Shown here piece by piece: positions 13,069 through 25,303 of a stretch of DNA of 64,000 nucleotides. The translations under genes were made by a program, and so were the position numbers. The first letter of the stretch is position 1. Every line of letters begins with the position of its first letter. The DNA is from Macrostomum lignano (taxonomy: Eukaryota): the NCBI GenBank assembly GCA_002269645.1, contig NIVC01001405.1, positions 231,813 to 295,812 on the forward strand, given 5' to 3'. The notes below the pieces were generated by a model. That model did no database searches. It worked only from the letters and a program-made list of their open reading frames with translations, and was not told the DNA's origin.

Positions 13069-13801
13069 CTTTTGCTTCCAATGAGATTTAGTTTTGAAGC
13101 GGTCAATGTTTTGGGCCGATAGGCATAGGACTCCGAAGCGGTGCATTTTTGTTTCCGAGAGACGAAATACGTGACAGTGATTAGCGTAATCGATGCGCAT
13201 GCCACAAGAAATAAGTGTATTTTTGCATTCTGTCACTTAAACATTTTTTGCTTTAAATTTGTTTCAAATTTCTCTATCTGCTTACGGTGATGTAGACTGT
13301 TATACAGAATTGTATTCTTCAGTGTACACAATAGTGTTGTCTGTCTATCTGAATGTAGAAGCTTTACTCCGTGCAGATTCTTTGAGCTCTAGCCGGACAA
13401 TGCAGCGCATAACTTACCAAAGTTGTTTCGAAGGTAGACATTGATACCGCTGGAAATGTGCACTGTGGAGGGACAGACCGATGGGGTCTCTGCTGTAAAC
13501 GCGTCTGACTGTCCCGCCACCGCCCCCTGGCCTTCGGTTCGATTTTGTGCGCAGTGGCATTATTTGGGGAATGTGCACAAAAATTTGGCCAGTGGGGTTG
13601 TCATGCGAATCACACCTATTGAGGGCCAACCCTAAGGTCTGTGCTATTAGAAAGTTACGGCACTCTGTTAGCGCATGCGCTTGAACCAGACTACTGCTGC
13701 TAGTTGGCGGAATGGGCAGAAGTGTCTCAGCGCTAGGATGGCCCGAAATTCTCCTGCAGCTATTACTTATTGTGATAGGAACAGGCCAAGTCCAAGCGCA
13801 G

Positions 13802-14295
13802 TATACGCGTTTTCTCTGGGGCTTGAAGGATGGTGTTCTCACTTTCTATGAAAGGTCTAGCGGTTTAAGGTTCTTACAGCTCTCTATTTCCTCTATCAGG
13901 CCGTCAGAGAAAACCGTATAAACTGACGGGATCTCCTAGTATCTAGGCTGAATTTGAATCTCACGAGTATTTCGCTGAGGCAAATAATTGGGTTTAAGAC
14001 GTGAATTTGAGCCAACCGGATAGTCCAGAGACCAATACAAAAGGAGCGAGTTGAGATCTGAAAACTGCGCCAGAAACCGAAGCGACGCTCCAGTTTGAGA
14101 TGGGCGTCTATTTTATACCGATTGGCAATTTCGACCTCCCCCGCCGCCGGTGGGGTGTCTTCGCGTGGTTAGCAACGGCGGGGATGGTTTAGGCAATAAA
14201 ATTCTGGGACTCAGTCCCCTATAGTTGTACACGAATTTAGTTAGTTCTAGTAGGTTGCTAAGTGTGAGGGTTAGAGATTATTCGGGGTTTCGCAA
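13802..14295 (-). mobile_element. Partial, diverged family-A LTR
   Basis: Reverse complement of the 3' half of 24252-25288, including the CGCGTATA terminus. Confidence 0.85.
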
Positions 14296-14427
14296 TATAC
14301 CCCAATAAATATATCAATATTTTTTTCATATTTCATCATAAGTCGTAAAATGATTAATCTTTTATGATAGTTTTGCTACGCATGTTTACGTTAGTCTACT
14401 TACAGTAGCTTTTTATGAATAATGGTA

Positions 14428-15362
14428 CTCTACAATATCTTCCCTTTTTATTAGAAATTCGTCCTGAATTGGTTTGTAATTTTAACAGTTGAATGCATAA
14501 AAGGGTGAACTATACTCGTATGTTTATATTTATTAACAAGATGATTACAGCGGTTTTCATAGTAGATATTGAATAGCAAGTGAATATACAAGCGCATAAA
14601 TAGAGCAAAACGCATGTAAGGTGTTGAGCAAAGTACACATAAAGGGAGCAAGACGGATGCACGATATGAGCAAATATACATAATACGAACAAGTGTCAAT
14701 TTTGGAGAATAGTCAAAATGTTTAAGAGAAGGTGTCAGATAGAAAACGTTGGAGTAGGCGCTGTACCCGTGTCGCCATGATGGCCACTGGCCAGACCAGG
14801 TGTTGCAGAGGCAGGAAATGAGCATTTTCCATGGCCTCGGCTAGGTGGTAGTAGATGTCTTCCGGCGTCATTGGCTGGTCCGTCAGGGTACATTGACGTC
14901 CCAAGGAGAGCAGCCGGCGGCGCGCGTCATGCAGTTCGACCGGCAGCGGCCATTCTTGGATATTTTGGGCGATGTAGTGTACTGTTAGCCTCTCCAAGTA
15001 ATGCAGACACAGGTCTGGTTGGAACTCCATGTTACCGTTTAAGGCGGCTGTCGGTGGGAGGAGTTGATCTAGGCAACGGGGACAGTAATCAATGCCGCGT
15101 AGGCCCAGCCTTTGCAGGCAGGTGAAGCAGCACCAGTGACTGGTCGTCCCCGCAAAGGCAGCAGGCTATCAGGGGGTCGCGACAGAGGGCATGTATGGAT
15201 TAGCCCGATTAGCCCTGTATCTGCACATTGAAAGCAGGTTTTGTGGCCGTATTGGCACACAACCCTTTGGAAGGAATGTGCAGATACAGGGCAGTCATCT
15301 TCGGCGTTAGCCATTGGGGTGTTTGATTGGTATTGAGTTTGTATGTTAAAATTTTGGTAGAG
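14428..15362 (-). mobile_element. Family-B 3' internal fragment (RING gene, PPT, LTR start)
   Basis: CTCTACA followed by ATATCTTCCCTTTTT (PPT on the minus strand) at 14428-14449, as at 21640 and 38651. Confidence 0.75.
14722..15314 (-). pseudogene. Tandem-RING + conserved helical domain gene, frameshifted (paralog of 38928..39536)
   Basis: MANAEDDCPV...CQYGHKTCFQC and ...IQEWPLPVELHDARRRLL...QHLVWPVA. Confidence 0.8.
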
Positions 15363-18300
15363 TATACGCGTTTTTCTCTGGGGCCTTTGAGTTTGTGTTC
15401 TCACTTTCTTGAGATAGATGTCTAGCGGTCTGAGGTTCTTACAGCTCTTAGTCTCTCCTATCGGGCCGGGCTCTTATATGATTCCACCTTTTTTTCGAAA
15501 TCCTTGTGCTAACAAGGATTTGATCAATCGACATCAGGGCTAAACGACATTGCAGGTACTTAAATTATCAAATATAAGACGTTAGAAATCTGTAGACGAG
15601 TCAAACGTTAGTGGGCAGTCGTTAAATGTTCAAGCATTATTTCGGGGGACGTAGATAGTTAAAGGTGTAAAGAGGCGAAACCTGGGAAATTAATTGAGGG
15701 AAAACAGTTCACAGTCGTATCTAGGGGCCGCATTTAGTCATCTTCAAATTGAACGTTGCCGCTTCTGGCCCATAGGTACTGACGATATCCCTGCAGTGTG
15801 GGCCAGGGTCGGATGGTAATGGAGGCCTTGTAGTCGCCTCCCCTCCACGGTATCTCCGTGGGGGTCAACTCGCGTCCCCACTCGGCGTCGTTGTCAACGG
15901 TTTGGGTGGCCACTGAATGGCCCCCATCTATGTCACTCTCGGCGACCTGTGTTTGTGCATCCTTTTTGATGCACTTGTGGACGTGGAGATTTATGTCCAC
16001 AAAGGCTTCGCCGGGTCGCCGGGCATAAGCTTCTTTGGGTGAGTAAGTGGCCATGGGAATGCGCTGAAATTAAGCAAGAGTGTGCTATTGATTTTCCGTG
16101 TGGCGGTTTCAGCGTGTATCGTCCTTGGCCCAAAGCTTCGCTTAGCGGTCGGCTGTACATTAGATCTATCCCCTGCGTACATGGGGTGGTGGGTGGGCGA
16201 GGCGCGCGGGGTGAGGTTTTAGAATCTGAAGTTGGGGTCCCGCTCGCTCCTAACGAAAGAGGGGGGCTCTTTCTTTCCGCGGCTGGTGATGGTTCCTTTT
16301 CTTTTTAAACTCCGGCGCAAGGGAGTGGGGCCCTCCGGTGAACTATTCAATCGATTCTTGTCCCGCGACTATACTGCTCAATAATGTCTAATTTCACGGT
16401 ACGGCGCTTGATGCGTCTAGTTAACGATCTAAAGGAGCGGCTCAGGCGGTGCAGTCGGGGTGGGTTTTTGTTGTACCAAACAATTCGCATTTGTTGTAAA
16501 ATAATTATAGTGTTGCTATATGCATTTTGTCATAATGACTGTCATTTCAAGCAATAAAACAAATATTCCGAATTTGACGTTTATGCAATATGACGCAATA
16601 TGTGCACTTATTGAAAATTTAATTAACTGTGCCCGCAGGCTTTCGAGTGTGCCGGCGCAGCTATGAATTCGAAGGCAACTGGACAATTTCGTTTGAATTA
16701 GTTCTGCTTGGCTTTGTTATGTGCGCCTAATAAATGGTTAACAATGTAATTCAATCAAAAGTAGTACTTCTCCTGGATTAGTTAAGGTTGCGCAGCTGGA
16801 AATAGCGGAATGCTGTAGTTATTTTTAGTATCACTCATTTCTGCGGGCTTTCCCGCTGTTAGCAGTATTATGTTGGCTTGAGATGCCTTGAAAAGTGAGC
16901 TCAGTATTAACGAGGGTTTATGTAGCTGTAACCTGGTGGGGCAGACGTGTTAGTTTAACAACCCTAAGACACTACACTGGTAGGGTGGTGCAGTGACACG
17001 GGCGGGCGTCAGTGCAGAATGGAAGCGCTAGGCAGGGAGATGCCTGATAAGAACACCTCAGTGACTCGCACTTCTATTCCTTACGTCGACCCTCTGCTGC
17101 CGAGAGTAGAACTCTCCCCGCAAGGACCTACCTTCCCGCGGGCCAAACTCGCGCGCGCAATTAGTAAAGTGAGCTCCTAGTAATCAGTCGATTAAAGTAG
17201 TTAGAAGTGATTCCCGTGCACGGTACTTGTCATACCTTGTGGCTGGATTAATGCCATACCTTGTTGCTGGATTAAAAATTACGGATCCGTTTCAACAGAA
17301 ATGATTAATCAATTGTGAGGCAAAATCAATGATGGTATCCAGGTAGCTACCCTCTTAGACAGTGTTGAGTGATTAAAATTGATTAAATTCTCTTCTACGC
17401 GAACAGATAAAGTATGGTTAGTCTATGTGTCCACAGACAGTGAACGCTGTTCATCACCAGGGAAATTAATACTGTTAAAAATTTTTTTGTTAGTTTTCGC
17501 ATTTTATCAATTTTTTCTTTTTGAATAAAAACGCGTTTGTGTCCTTCTACGACACAGAGTAATTACGTAGAAAGAGAATTAAAAGGTGACTGCACTCATC
17601 CTGGCCTTCCACGCTCCGTCCTCCGCCGATGAAGTTACTCAGCCATACCGGGCGATCTCGTCAGGTGAAAATCGAAAAGCTGTTGATCAGATGACTCCGA
17701 GGTCAGGGAACCACTTATACGCGTTTTTCTCTGGGGCCTTTGAGTTTGTGTTCTCACTTTCTTAAGATAGATGTCTAGCGGTCTAAGGTTCTTACAGCTC
17801 TTAGTCTCTCCTATCAGGCCGTCAGAGGAGACCGTATAAACTGACGGGATCTCCTAGTATCTAAGCTGAGTTGGAGTCTCTCTAGTATTTGCTCTAGGCA
17901 ATAGTCAAGGCAAATAATTGATTTGAGACTCGGATTTGTGCCAACTGGATAATCCAGAAACTAATTCAAATGGAGCAATTCGAGATCGAAAACTGCGCAG
18001 GAAAAAACGAAGCGCCGCTCCAGTTTGAGATGAGCGTCTATTTATACCAATTAGCATGTTTGGCCTCCCCCGCCGCCGGTGGGGTGTCTTCGCGTTGTTA
18101 GCAACGGCGGGGGGTTTTGAGCAATAACAAACTGGGACTCAGTCCCCTAATTGTACATGAATTTAGTTAGTTCTAATAGGTTGCTAAGTGTGAAGGTTAG
18201 AGATTATTCGGGCTTTCGCAAATCTATGTGTTGAGTTGGATAAAATTTGGGATAGAAAGATTATGGAAAAAGTGCTGCTCAGTCAGGCCGCTGCTCAGTT

Positions 18301-18568
18301 TGCTTTTCCCGGCCGGTTTAGTCGCCATTGTGCCTGCGGCGGGGTGACGCTACTAACTGGAATGGAAAGAGGCTTTGTTAGATTCGGCTATTCAAATTGA
18401 CTTGACAGTTGATTAATTATCTTAAAGCTGCTTCTGTTTGCTCTTCTAATAGCTATCTAGGGGTTCCATTGTGCTCTTCTGCCTCGCCCTTCACTGCGCC
18501 TGGGCTTTTCATAAATTTCTACCTATCTTCTAACTTAGGGTCAAAACTTCAGATTTCTAACTCTTATA
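15363..18568 (-). mobile_element. Non-autonomous deletion derivative of family A (copy A2, 3.2 kb)
   Basis: 5' LTR 17716-18568, PBS 17701-17713, 5' UTR joined at ~16440 directly to the ORF-B/ORF-A region, PPT ~15479-15495, and a 116-bp 3' LTR at 15363-15478 that keeps both termini. No TSD seen. Confidence 0.9.
15734..16054 (-). CDS. Family-A accessory ORF-A, 106 aa, unknown function
   Basis: Intact ORF, about 90 percent identical by eye to 36569..36886. Confidence 0.75.
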   Translation of the reverse strand: MATYSPKEAYARRPGEAFVDINLHVHKCIKKDAQTQVAESDIDGGHSVATQTVDNDAEWGRELTPTEIPWRGGDYKASITIRPWPTLQGYRQYLWARSGNVQFEDD

Positions 18569-19263
18569 TTATATACTTAGTTGATTTCCAAGAAATAATG
18601 GGTGATTGGGTGTAGTAAAACAAGTTCTTTGTCATTTTGCGAGGCTTCTAGATCATTCTATTCAATGAAAACTGCTTTAAAAAACCTGCAAGCATGGACG
18701 ATAAAAGTATATGTGCAGTGTTTTCAGAAGTTACCTATTATATTTGGACATTTATTTATGTTTCTTTAAAAAGTTTCTATAGAAGTGTCTGTGCAGAATT
18801 CGGCGAATATTTCATACCTTTCTCATTACTCTGAAACTTTTCATGCTCAAATTTAATGAAAATTTCTCACATCGTAAAACGACTTTCCCATGCTATGAGT
18901 TTTTTTAATCTGTCAAGTACAAAATATTGTCTAGATTTGAATGTGAGTTTAGTTATTGTACTTAACTTTTGCGCGCATTTGAATCGATTCTGATTGATGC
19001 CTTGAATGCCAATTTCGCGGTTGTTCCTACGTGATCATACATAAATTCCAATAAACAAATTAAGTATAATAGTTATTTTCTAATAAATAAGTACAAGTCG
19101 AAATACATAAGAGCTCAAATTGTTCAATATTCATGATTTAAATTTTAAGCACGCAACATTGGCAAATGGCGCCCCCACAAGACAACCAACATTGGCGCCC
19201 CTAAGGATTGCGGCCCCCCAAAACTAAATCCTGAGTACGCCACTGAAGTCCAGCCTATTTTGA

Positions 19264-20465
19264 AAGATTGAGGAACAACTGCCGGATAAAAATTTAGACA
19301 AAAGACTCAATCCAATTACAGACAGGCCTCGGTATGACAGTCTACCAATTAACCCAATCGATTGGACTGCTTACTATCATGACAAAAGCTATAGAGATGC
19401 TGAAAAGACGTCTTCAACTCCAGAGGAAGCCTTAGCAAAGAAGCACATTGCTGATGAAAAAATGATAGCTGATTTAGATGCTATTCCAACCAGTGACTTG
19501 TCTGTGAAAGAGAGACTCATTCGAAATCTAGTAAAGCGTATTATCAAGGCTAAAGTTCGGTTTGGATTAGGAATTCTTACTCACAACCCCAACAATTGTA
19601 TAGACTGTCTAACCATATACGGCAATGGTCTAAGCTACGAAGATGCCTTGAAATTGCATAAAGAATATCGAAAGCCAAGAGTATTTAGAAAAATGATTCA
19701 CTATGCAAAAGACACAGTTTGGCATGCAGATATCATTATCCTTCCTCCTGAAAGAGGTTACAAATATGCTCTAACTATCATAGATGGTTTTACACGTTAC
19801 GCCTGGGCAGTTCCTTTGAAAACAAAGACGGGAGCGGAAGTTGCAGAAGCTTTCCAAAAAGTATTTAAGGAATCAGGAAGACGTTCAGAGAGACTTTGTG
19901 TAGATGAAGGCAAGGAGTTTTATAATCAGCCTATGTACAAGCTATATTCGTTTTCAAAAGACAACATTAGAAAGAAGGATGAAAAGGGTGAATATATAAA
20001 CAAGATGTTTTCAATTTATGGCGAGTCCAAGAATGCAATGATTGAGAGGTTCAATCGTACTCTCACAAATAAACTCTGGTTTAAATTTGATCTACAAGGA
20101 AACCAGAAGTGGCTCCACACATTGCCAGCTATTGTTGATAAGTACAACAACACAATCCATTCTGAGATTCTCAAAACTCCTTCAGAAGCATCTAAACATC
20201 CTGAGAGTCAAGCAGGGTCGAAAAGGGTTGAAAGGGTTGAAAAAGTTGGCACTTTGAAAAGGGTCGAAGAGGATATTGGAAAATTTCAGAAGTGTTTAGG
20301 ATAAAGAAAATAGTTTACTCCAATCCCAAAACTTACATTATTGAGGATGAGAATGGAGAATAAATTATTGGATCATTTTACAAATCCCAGCTTCTACCAG
20401 CAAATTTTTCAACAAAAAATGAGCGCGTATCGAACAAACTGCAAACGAGCAAAGGGTCAGATTGA
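19264..20465 (+). pseudogene. Polinton/Maverick-type integrase with an N-terminal phospholipase A2-like domain, degenerate
   Basis: In frame from 19264: LDKRL...PINPIDWTAYYHDKSY...KHIADEKM...AKVRFGLG, then WHADI, IIDGFTRYAWAVPLKTK, VDEGKEFYN, IERFNRTL. C-terminal TYIIEDENGE*IIGSFY lies in another frame. Confidence 0.85.
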
Positions 20466-20593
20466 AACTTCAGATTCACAGCTACTAGCTGATAAAGAGG
20501 GTGAAGGTGATATGATCAGTGGTGTCACAAACTTTTTTATCTAATCATGGAAGTAAAATTGCGAGTGGAGCTGATGCAATAGGTAAAACAGCT
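20419..20593 (+). pseudogene. Fragment homologous to the Polinton ORF at 49245
   Basis: EGEGDMISGVTNF..NHGSKIASGADAIGKTA aligns with RGEGLFDLVGTAANFVKDNMGLIGQAGSAAGSI. Confidence 0.5.
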
Positions 20594-21639
20594 TGAAGAG
20601 TTGATTCGGTAGGTGATCAGTCTCCCGAAAACTCCCACTTCCAGACACTTAAGCCTGGGAACAAAATCAGTGATCACTTACTGTTGCGGGCTCCTCTTCT
20701 TTGTCGCGCGTGTCTGTAGAGCTCGTCTCCTTAGAGCTGTTCCTCCCGGGGTGATCTTCTTGAAGTCTAGAATCGGCCGAAAGTGAGAGCGTAACAATTA
20801 AATCGACGTCGCAGTATTCCTCGAGTGCAGAAATCAATGTATTCCTCGAGTGCAGAATTCAATGTATTCCTCGAGTGCAGAAATCAATATCAACGATGCA
20901 CCCTAGTAACAAAATCAACTTCTATACGAGGTCCTCCAGAAAGGGCGTCTTCTTCTAGAACTAACGGAATCGGAGTCGTGTGCTCCTATCGGTTAATCTA
21001 GGATAACCAAAATCAATCAAATCAATAATCCTCTAAGGGTATCGGAATCGGTCCGCAGATCCTATCCAATCCCTTAGGAAAAGGGAGGCCTCAAACTCAA
21101 TAGACTCAGTAAAATCAACTGAACAGTAACGGCCGGCAATAACAATCGCTCTCAATAATCAAAATAACGAAGACTTGAACAAAGCTTACCAATTGGTGTT
21201 TATCTCTTCCTCAAAGATATAGCCTCGTTGGCTGCTCTTGCAAAGCCTAAGATCTTTGGAGGCTGCTCCGAGTCTGAGATTTTAGCTCGGATTTTGCGTT
21301 TGTATTTATACACAATTTTTGACCTTGAGTCGACCTTGAGCTCAAAACCGGTTTTTTTGATGAGTTCACGAAAGGAATTTTATTATTTGACAGGTGGGGT
21401 TTTTGAATAGAAAGGGGGTGAGACTTGAGTTACATTCAGGCTAACATTTACCATATTTGGAAGTTCTAAAAATAGATGTCGAGAACCGGTTTTTTCGAAC
21501 AATAGCATAGCCACTCGCTGTTTGCGTGATATGACTGGTATTACTAAAAATAGAGTATGACACATGGCTATTTTTAAATTTGTGTTCATAATTTTATGTT
21601 ACTACTTTTAGTAGGCTACTGTGTTTGGAGATCTCTACA
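20594..21639 (-). mobile_element. Family-B 3' LTR with adjacent PPT (21640-21653)
   Basis: AAAAGGGGAGATAT immediately precedes TGTAGAGA on the minus strand. Three 25-bp units inside. Confidence 0.88.
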
Positions 21640-21889
21640 ATATCTCCCCTTTTAATAGATTTTAATTGAAGTGAAATTCACGCAAAGTAACTTTACTTAA
21701 ATTCTATTTAATTTAAGTGAAGCGTACAGGCTTGTATTTTAGGTATAGAACAATGAGTAGTGGAGGCTGATTATTGTAGTTTACGTAACGAGCCAGAAGC
21801 AATAAGCCATACTGGCATAGTACTTAGTGAATTAAGTACTGCCTATAATAGAGGTAATTCATAATGTTGGTGTGTAACTAGTTCGTCAG

Positions 21890-22486
21890 TTAGGCGAAGA
21901 TGTCGTTGATGGCGGATTTCAGCCGAATTATGAGCGCCGCCAGAGGTCCAAACAGGATTTGCAGTTGGGTATAGCTGGGTTCCTCTGTGCGATTGAGGAT
22001 GGCGAGGTAGGCATCCGTCTCGCTAGTAATCGTCGCATCCAGCGTTATCTCCCGGCTGATCCGCAGCAGATTCTCCCGGGCCTTTGCGTGGGCCATTGTG
22101 ACGGGCCATGTTTTTATAGCCCGCGTCAATTGCGTCGTAGTCAGCCTCGGAATACAGCCGGCGTATATCCATAGAGTAGGCTCGTAAGGTATTGTAGATG
22201 TGATGGCAAGGGTGGTCGGTAGGAGATTCCAACCACATTGGCTACAGTGGCCGATAGCGCGACAAGCGAGAAGTCGCAGGCAGTCATTGCACGTCCAATG
22301 ACCGTCCGGGCACAATTTTACGAGCGGTAGTTGGCCGCACAGGATGCACCATACCCTGTCCTGTCGACATATTGGGCAATGGTGGATTTCTTCCCTGGCG
22401 GCACAGTCCCGGCAGGCCATATGGCCCCAGGCGCAGGTGGAGACCATGGCGCGCGCCTGATCAAGACAAATAGGGCACTCAGACAT
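21890..22486 (-). CDS. Tandem-RING putative E3 ligase + conserved C-terminal domain, 198 aa
   Basis: CPIC-x10-CAWGHMACRDC-x8-CPIC followed by CILC-x8-CPDGHWTCNDC-x11-CSQC. Confidence 0.85.
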   Translation of the reverse strand: MSECPICLDQARAMVSTCAWGHMACRDCAAREEIHHCPICRQDRVWCILCGQLPLVKLCPDGHWTCNDCLRLLACRAIGHCSQCGWNLLPTTLAITSTIPYEPTLWIYAGCIPRLTTTQLTRAIKTWPVTMAHAKARENLLRISREITLDATITSETDAYLAILNRTEEPSYTQLQILFGPLAALIIRLKSAINDIFA

Positions 22487-22771
22487 GATAGTAGAGGTAA
22501 AAGGGCAAAATATAAGAGTATGGAAGACTAGGAATTATAGAAGGATGTGTAAGGGTGGAAGCTGTAAGTGAAATTCGCGTGTATATATATGGATACGTAC
22601 AGCGTTTTAATTGGCTTGTTGTCACTAAGTTTTAATTGGTGAAAAATAGCGCATTCTCTTCTTGGGCCTGCCTGCGTTGGTCTCGAGTATTGTTCGGGGT
22701 TGGCAGGTAGTAGGATGGTATGTTAGAAGGAGACGTAAGTGTAAGCATTTAAATTTTATGGAGCTATGTTC

Positions 22772-23404
22772 CTAGTATGCTAAGGTTTTAATTGTGAGCG
22801 TCCGATTTGTTGTGTTAGTTAGAATATGTCGCGTGTCAGTTCTCGTGTTTTTTTGTGTGAGGCGTGCCATGGGCCATATCAGATGTTGTATTGCCACGTA
22901 TTCCGTGCATTCTGTCGCATAGAGGAAGTCAAGGTAGATTTCCTCGGTTGTGGTGTTGACCGGGTGTATGACATAATGGCGCATTAGGTCGAACAAATAC
23001 TCTCTGTGTTGCTGACGGTTGAACGGTATCGGCCATGTTTTTATTGTCAGTGCTAGCGCCCGTGCGGTCATGTGGTCCATAGCTTCTTTAGTTAGCTGTA
23101 TCGTCGGCAGGTCGTCTCGTGTTTGGTCCCAGAATTCCGTCGTGATGGGTGTCGCGCAAGTGATGCAATTTGGACTGTTGGTACGCCGGATATTGTTTGC
23201 ACATTCGCGGCACACCCAATGCTGATTGTAACATAGTTTTATTTGAGGTGTCGTGGCACATACTTGGCACCGGGTGGCTGGCGCTCGACATAACGGGCAT
23301 TAATCGATCGCATCTGTCGTACAGCAGTGATAGCAGAATCGATGGCCGTTTTGACAATATACAAACAGTTCCGGGTCGTCTTCGCAGCAGACGATACATT
23401 CCAT
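22772..23404 (-). pseudogene. Tandem-RING paralog with one premature stop
   Basis: MECIVCCEDDPELFVYCQNGHRFCYHCCTTDAID*CPLC...CQVC...CYNQHWVCREC. Counterpart of 39742..40353. Confidence 0.85.
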
Positions 23405-23429
23405 GACTGAAACTTTTGGAGCGTTATAA

Positions 23430-23789
23430 TTAGTCTACTTCATCATCCGTATCGCCTTGCCAATTTGTCAACTCACTGTACTTTAATAACATAGTTAAAT
23501 CAGCATGTCGCTTAATAAGTATGGGGAATATGGCGCAATGAAATGGGAGGCATGGTAATTCGCATGTTGATAGGTATCGTAAAAGACGTTGCTGAATACG
23601 TTGTAACGGGAAGAGTATTAATTGGTGTCTATTATGATGTGCGTACATAACGAGGTGCACATATGCGGAGCGAGAGTTTCTAAGGAGGGGCCAGTCGTCT
23701 ACTCGACAAATAACATCTATTGGAGCGAGTTGATAAGCAATGGTTTCAGACAATTGAACCGTTTGTACCGGTTGTATACGTAGGAGTTG
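23430..23789 (-). pseudogene. C-terminal half of a RING-cassette gene, truncated by the LTR at 23790
   Basis: QLLRIQPVQTVQLS...DDWPL...HADLTMLL is nearly identical to 40393..40920. Confidence 0.85.
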
Positions 23790-24251
23790 TGAAGAGTTGA
23801 TTCGGGAGGTGATCAGTCTCCCGAAAACTCCCACTTCCAGACACTTAAGCCTGGGAACAAAATAAAGTGATCACTTACTGTTGCGGGCTCCTATTCTGTG
23901 TAGTGCAGGTTCTCCGAGCTCGTTTCTTCAAATCTTCTTCTTCTCCGGAGGAATCTTCTTGAAGTCTTGAATCGGCCGAATGAGAACGTGACGATCAAAT
24001 CAGGCGACGTCGCAGTATTTCTCGAATGCAAAGCAATATAGGCCTTAAGCTCAGTAATCAATATCACCGATGCGCCCTTGTAATAAAATCAACTTTCTGT
24101 AATAATCACGAGGACCTCCAAGAGGGGCGTCTTCTTCTAGATCTAACGGAATCGGAGTCGTGTGCTGCTATCGGTTAATCTAGGATAACCAAAATCAATC
24201 AATCAATAATCCTCTAAGGGTATCGGAATCGGTCCGCAGATCCTATCCAAT

Positions 24252-25288
24252 TATAAGAGTTAGAAATCTGAAGTTTTGACCCCAAGTTAGAAGATAGGTA
24301 GAAATTTATGAAAAGCCCAGGCGCAGTGAAGGGCGAGGCAGAAGAGTACAATGGAACCCCTAGATAGCTATTAGAAGAGCAAACAGAAGCAGCTTTATGA
24401 TAATTAATCAACTGTCAAGTCAATTTGAATAGCCGAATCTAACAAAGCCTCCTTCCATTCCAGTTAGTAGCGTCACCCCGCCGCAGGCACAATGGCGACT
24501 AAACCGGCCGGGAAAAGCAAACTGAGCAGCAGCCTGACTTAGAGAACAACGCGGCACGCGGCATCTTCTGGCGCACCCTGAGGGAGAAAACGTGAGGCCC
24601 ACCTAGAGACTCCTACCCAACCCGAAGCTGCCCAAGAAGGCGAGATCAACCCCAAGCTGCCTGACAACCGAGAGAAACAGAGGACTGTTTAATCATTCAT
24701 GGACAGAGTGTAGAGACGGAAAACTAAGCACTTTTTCTATAATCTTTCTATCCCAAATTTTATCCAACTCAACACATAGATTTGCGAAAGCCCGAATAAT
24801 CTCTAACCTTCACACTTAGCAACCTACTAGAACTAACTAAATTCATGTACAATTAGGGGACTGAGTCCCAGTTTGTTATTGCTCAAAACCCCCCGCCGTT
24901 GCTAACAACGCGAAGACACCCCACCGGCGGCGGGGGAGGCCAAACATGCTAATTGGTACAAATAGACGCTCATCTCAAACTGGAGCGGCGCTTCGTTTTT
25001 TTCCTGCGCAGTTTTCGATCTCGAATTGCTCCATTTGAATTAGTTTCTGGATTATCCAGTTGACCGAAACCCGAGTCTCAAATCGATCATTTGCCTTAAC
25101 GGTGACATAGAACAAATCTTAGGGAGACTCCAACTCAGCTTAGATACTAGGAGATCCCGTCAGTTTATACGGTCTTCTCTGACGGCCTGATAGGAGAGAC
25201 TAAGAGCTGTAAGAACCTTAGACCGCTAGACATCTATCTTAAGAAAGTGAGAACGCGAACTCAAAGGCCCCAGAGAAAGACGCGTATA
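24252..25288 (+). repeat. 5' LTR of element A (TATAAG...CGTATA)
   Basis: Direct repeat of 37105-38141. I found one substitution by eye (TTTATGATA versus TTTAAGATA). Confidence 0.97.
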
Positions 25289-25290
25289 AG

Positions 25291-25303
25291 TGGTTCCCTG
25301 ACC
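25291..25303 (+). promoter_or_regulatory. Primer-binding site complementary to the tRNA-Glu 3' end
   Basis: TGGTTCCCTGACC lies 2 nt after the LTR. It is the reverse complement of GGTCAGGGAACCA, the 3' end of eukaryotic tRNA-Glu(CUC) as I recall it. Confidence 0.85.

Noticed and set aside
13080-13801. Signal-peptide-like ORF at 13712 and neighbouring short ORFs
   Set aside because: The ORF runs into an LTR fragment after ~30 codons, and I could not assign any family.
19165-19246. CAGTGGCGTA-type terminus (minus strand) of a small DNA transposon
   Set aside because: The matching second terminus and a TSD were not found, so the element cannot be delimited.
25291-25303. tRNA-like sequence (also 17701-17713)
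   Set aside because: Only 13 nt including the CCA complement, next to an LTR: a primer-binding site, not a tRNA gene.
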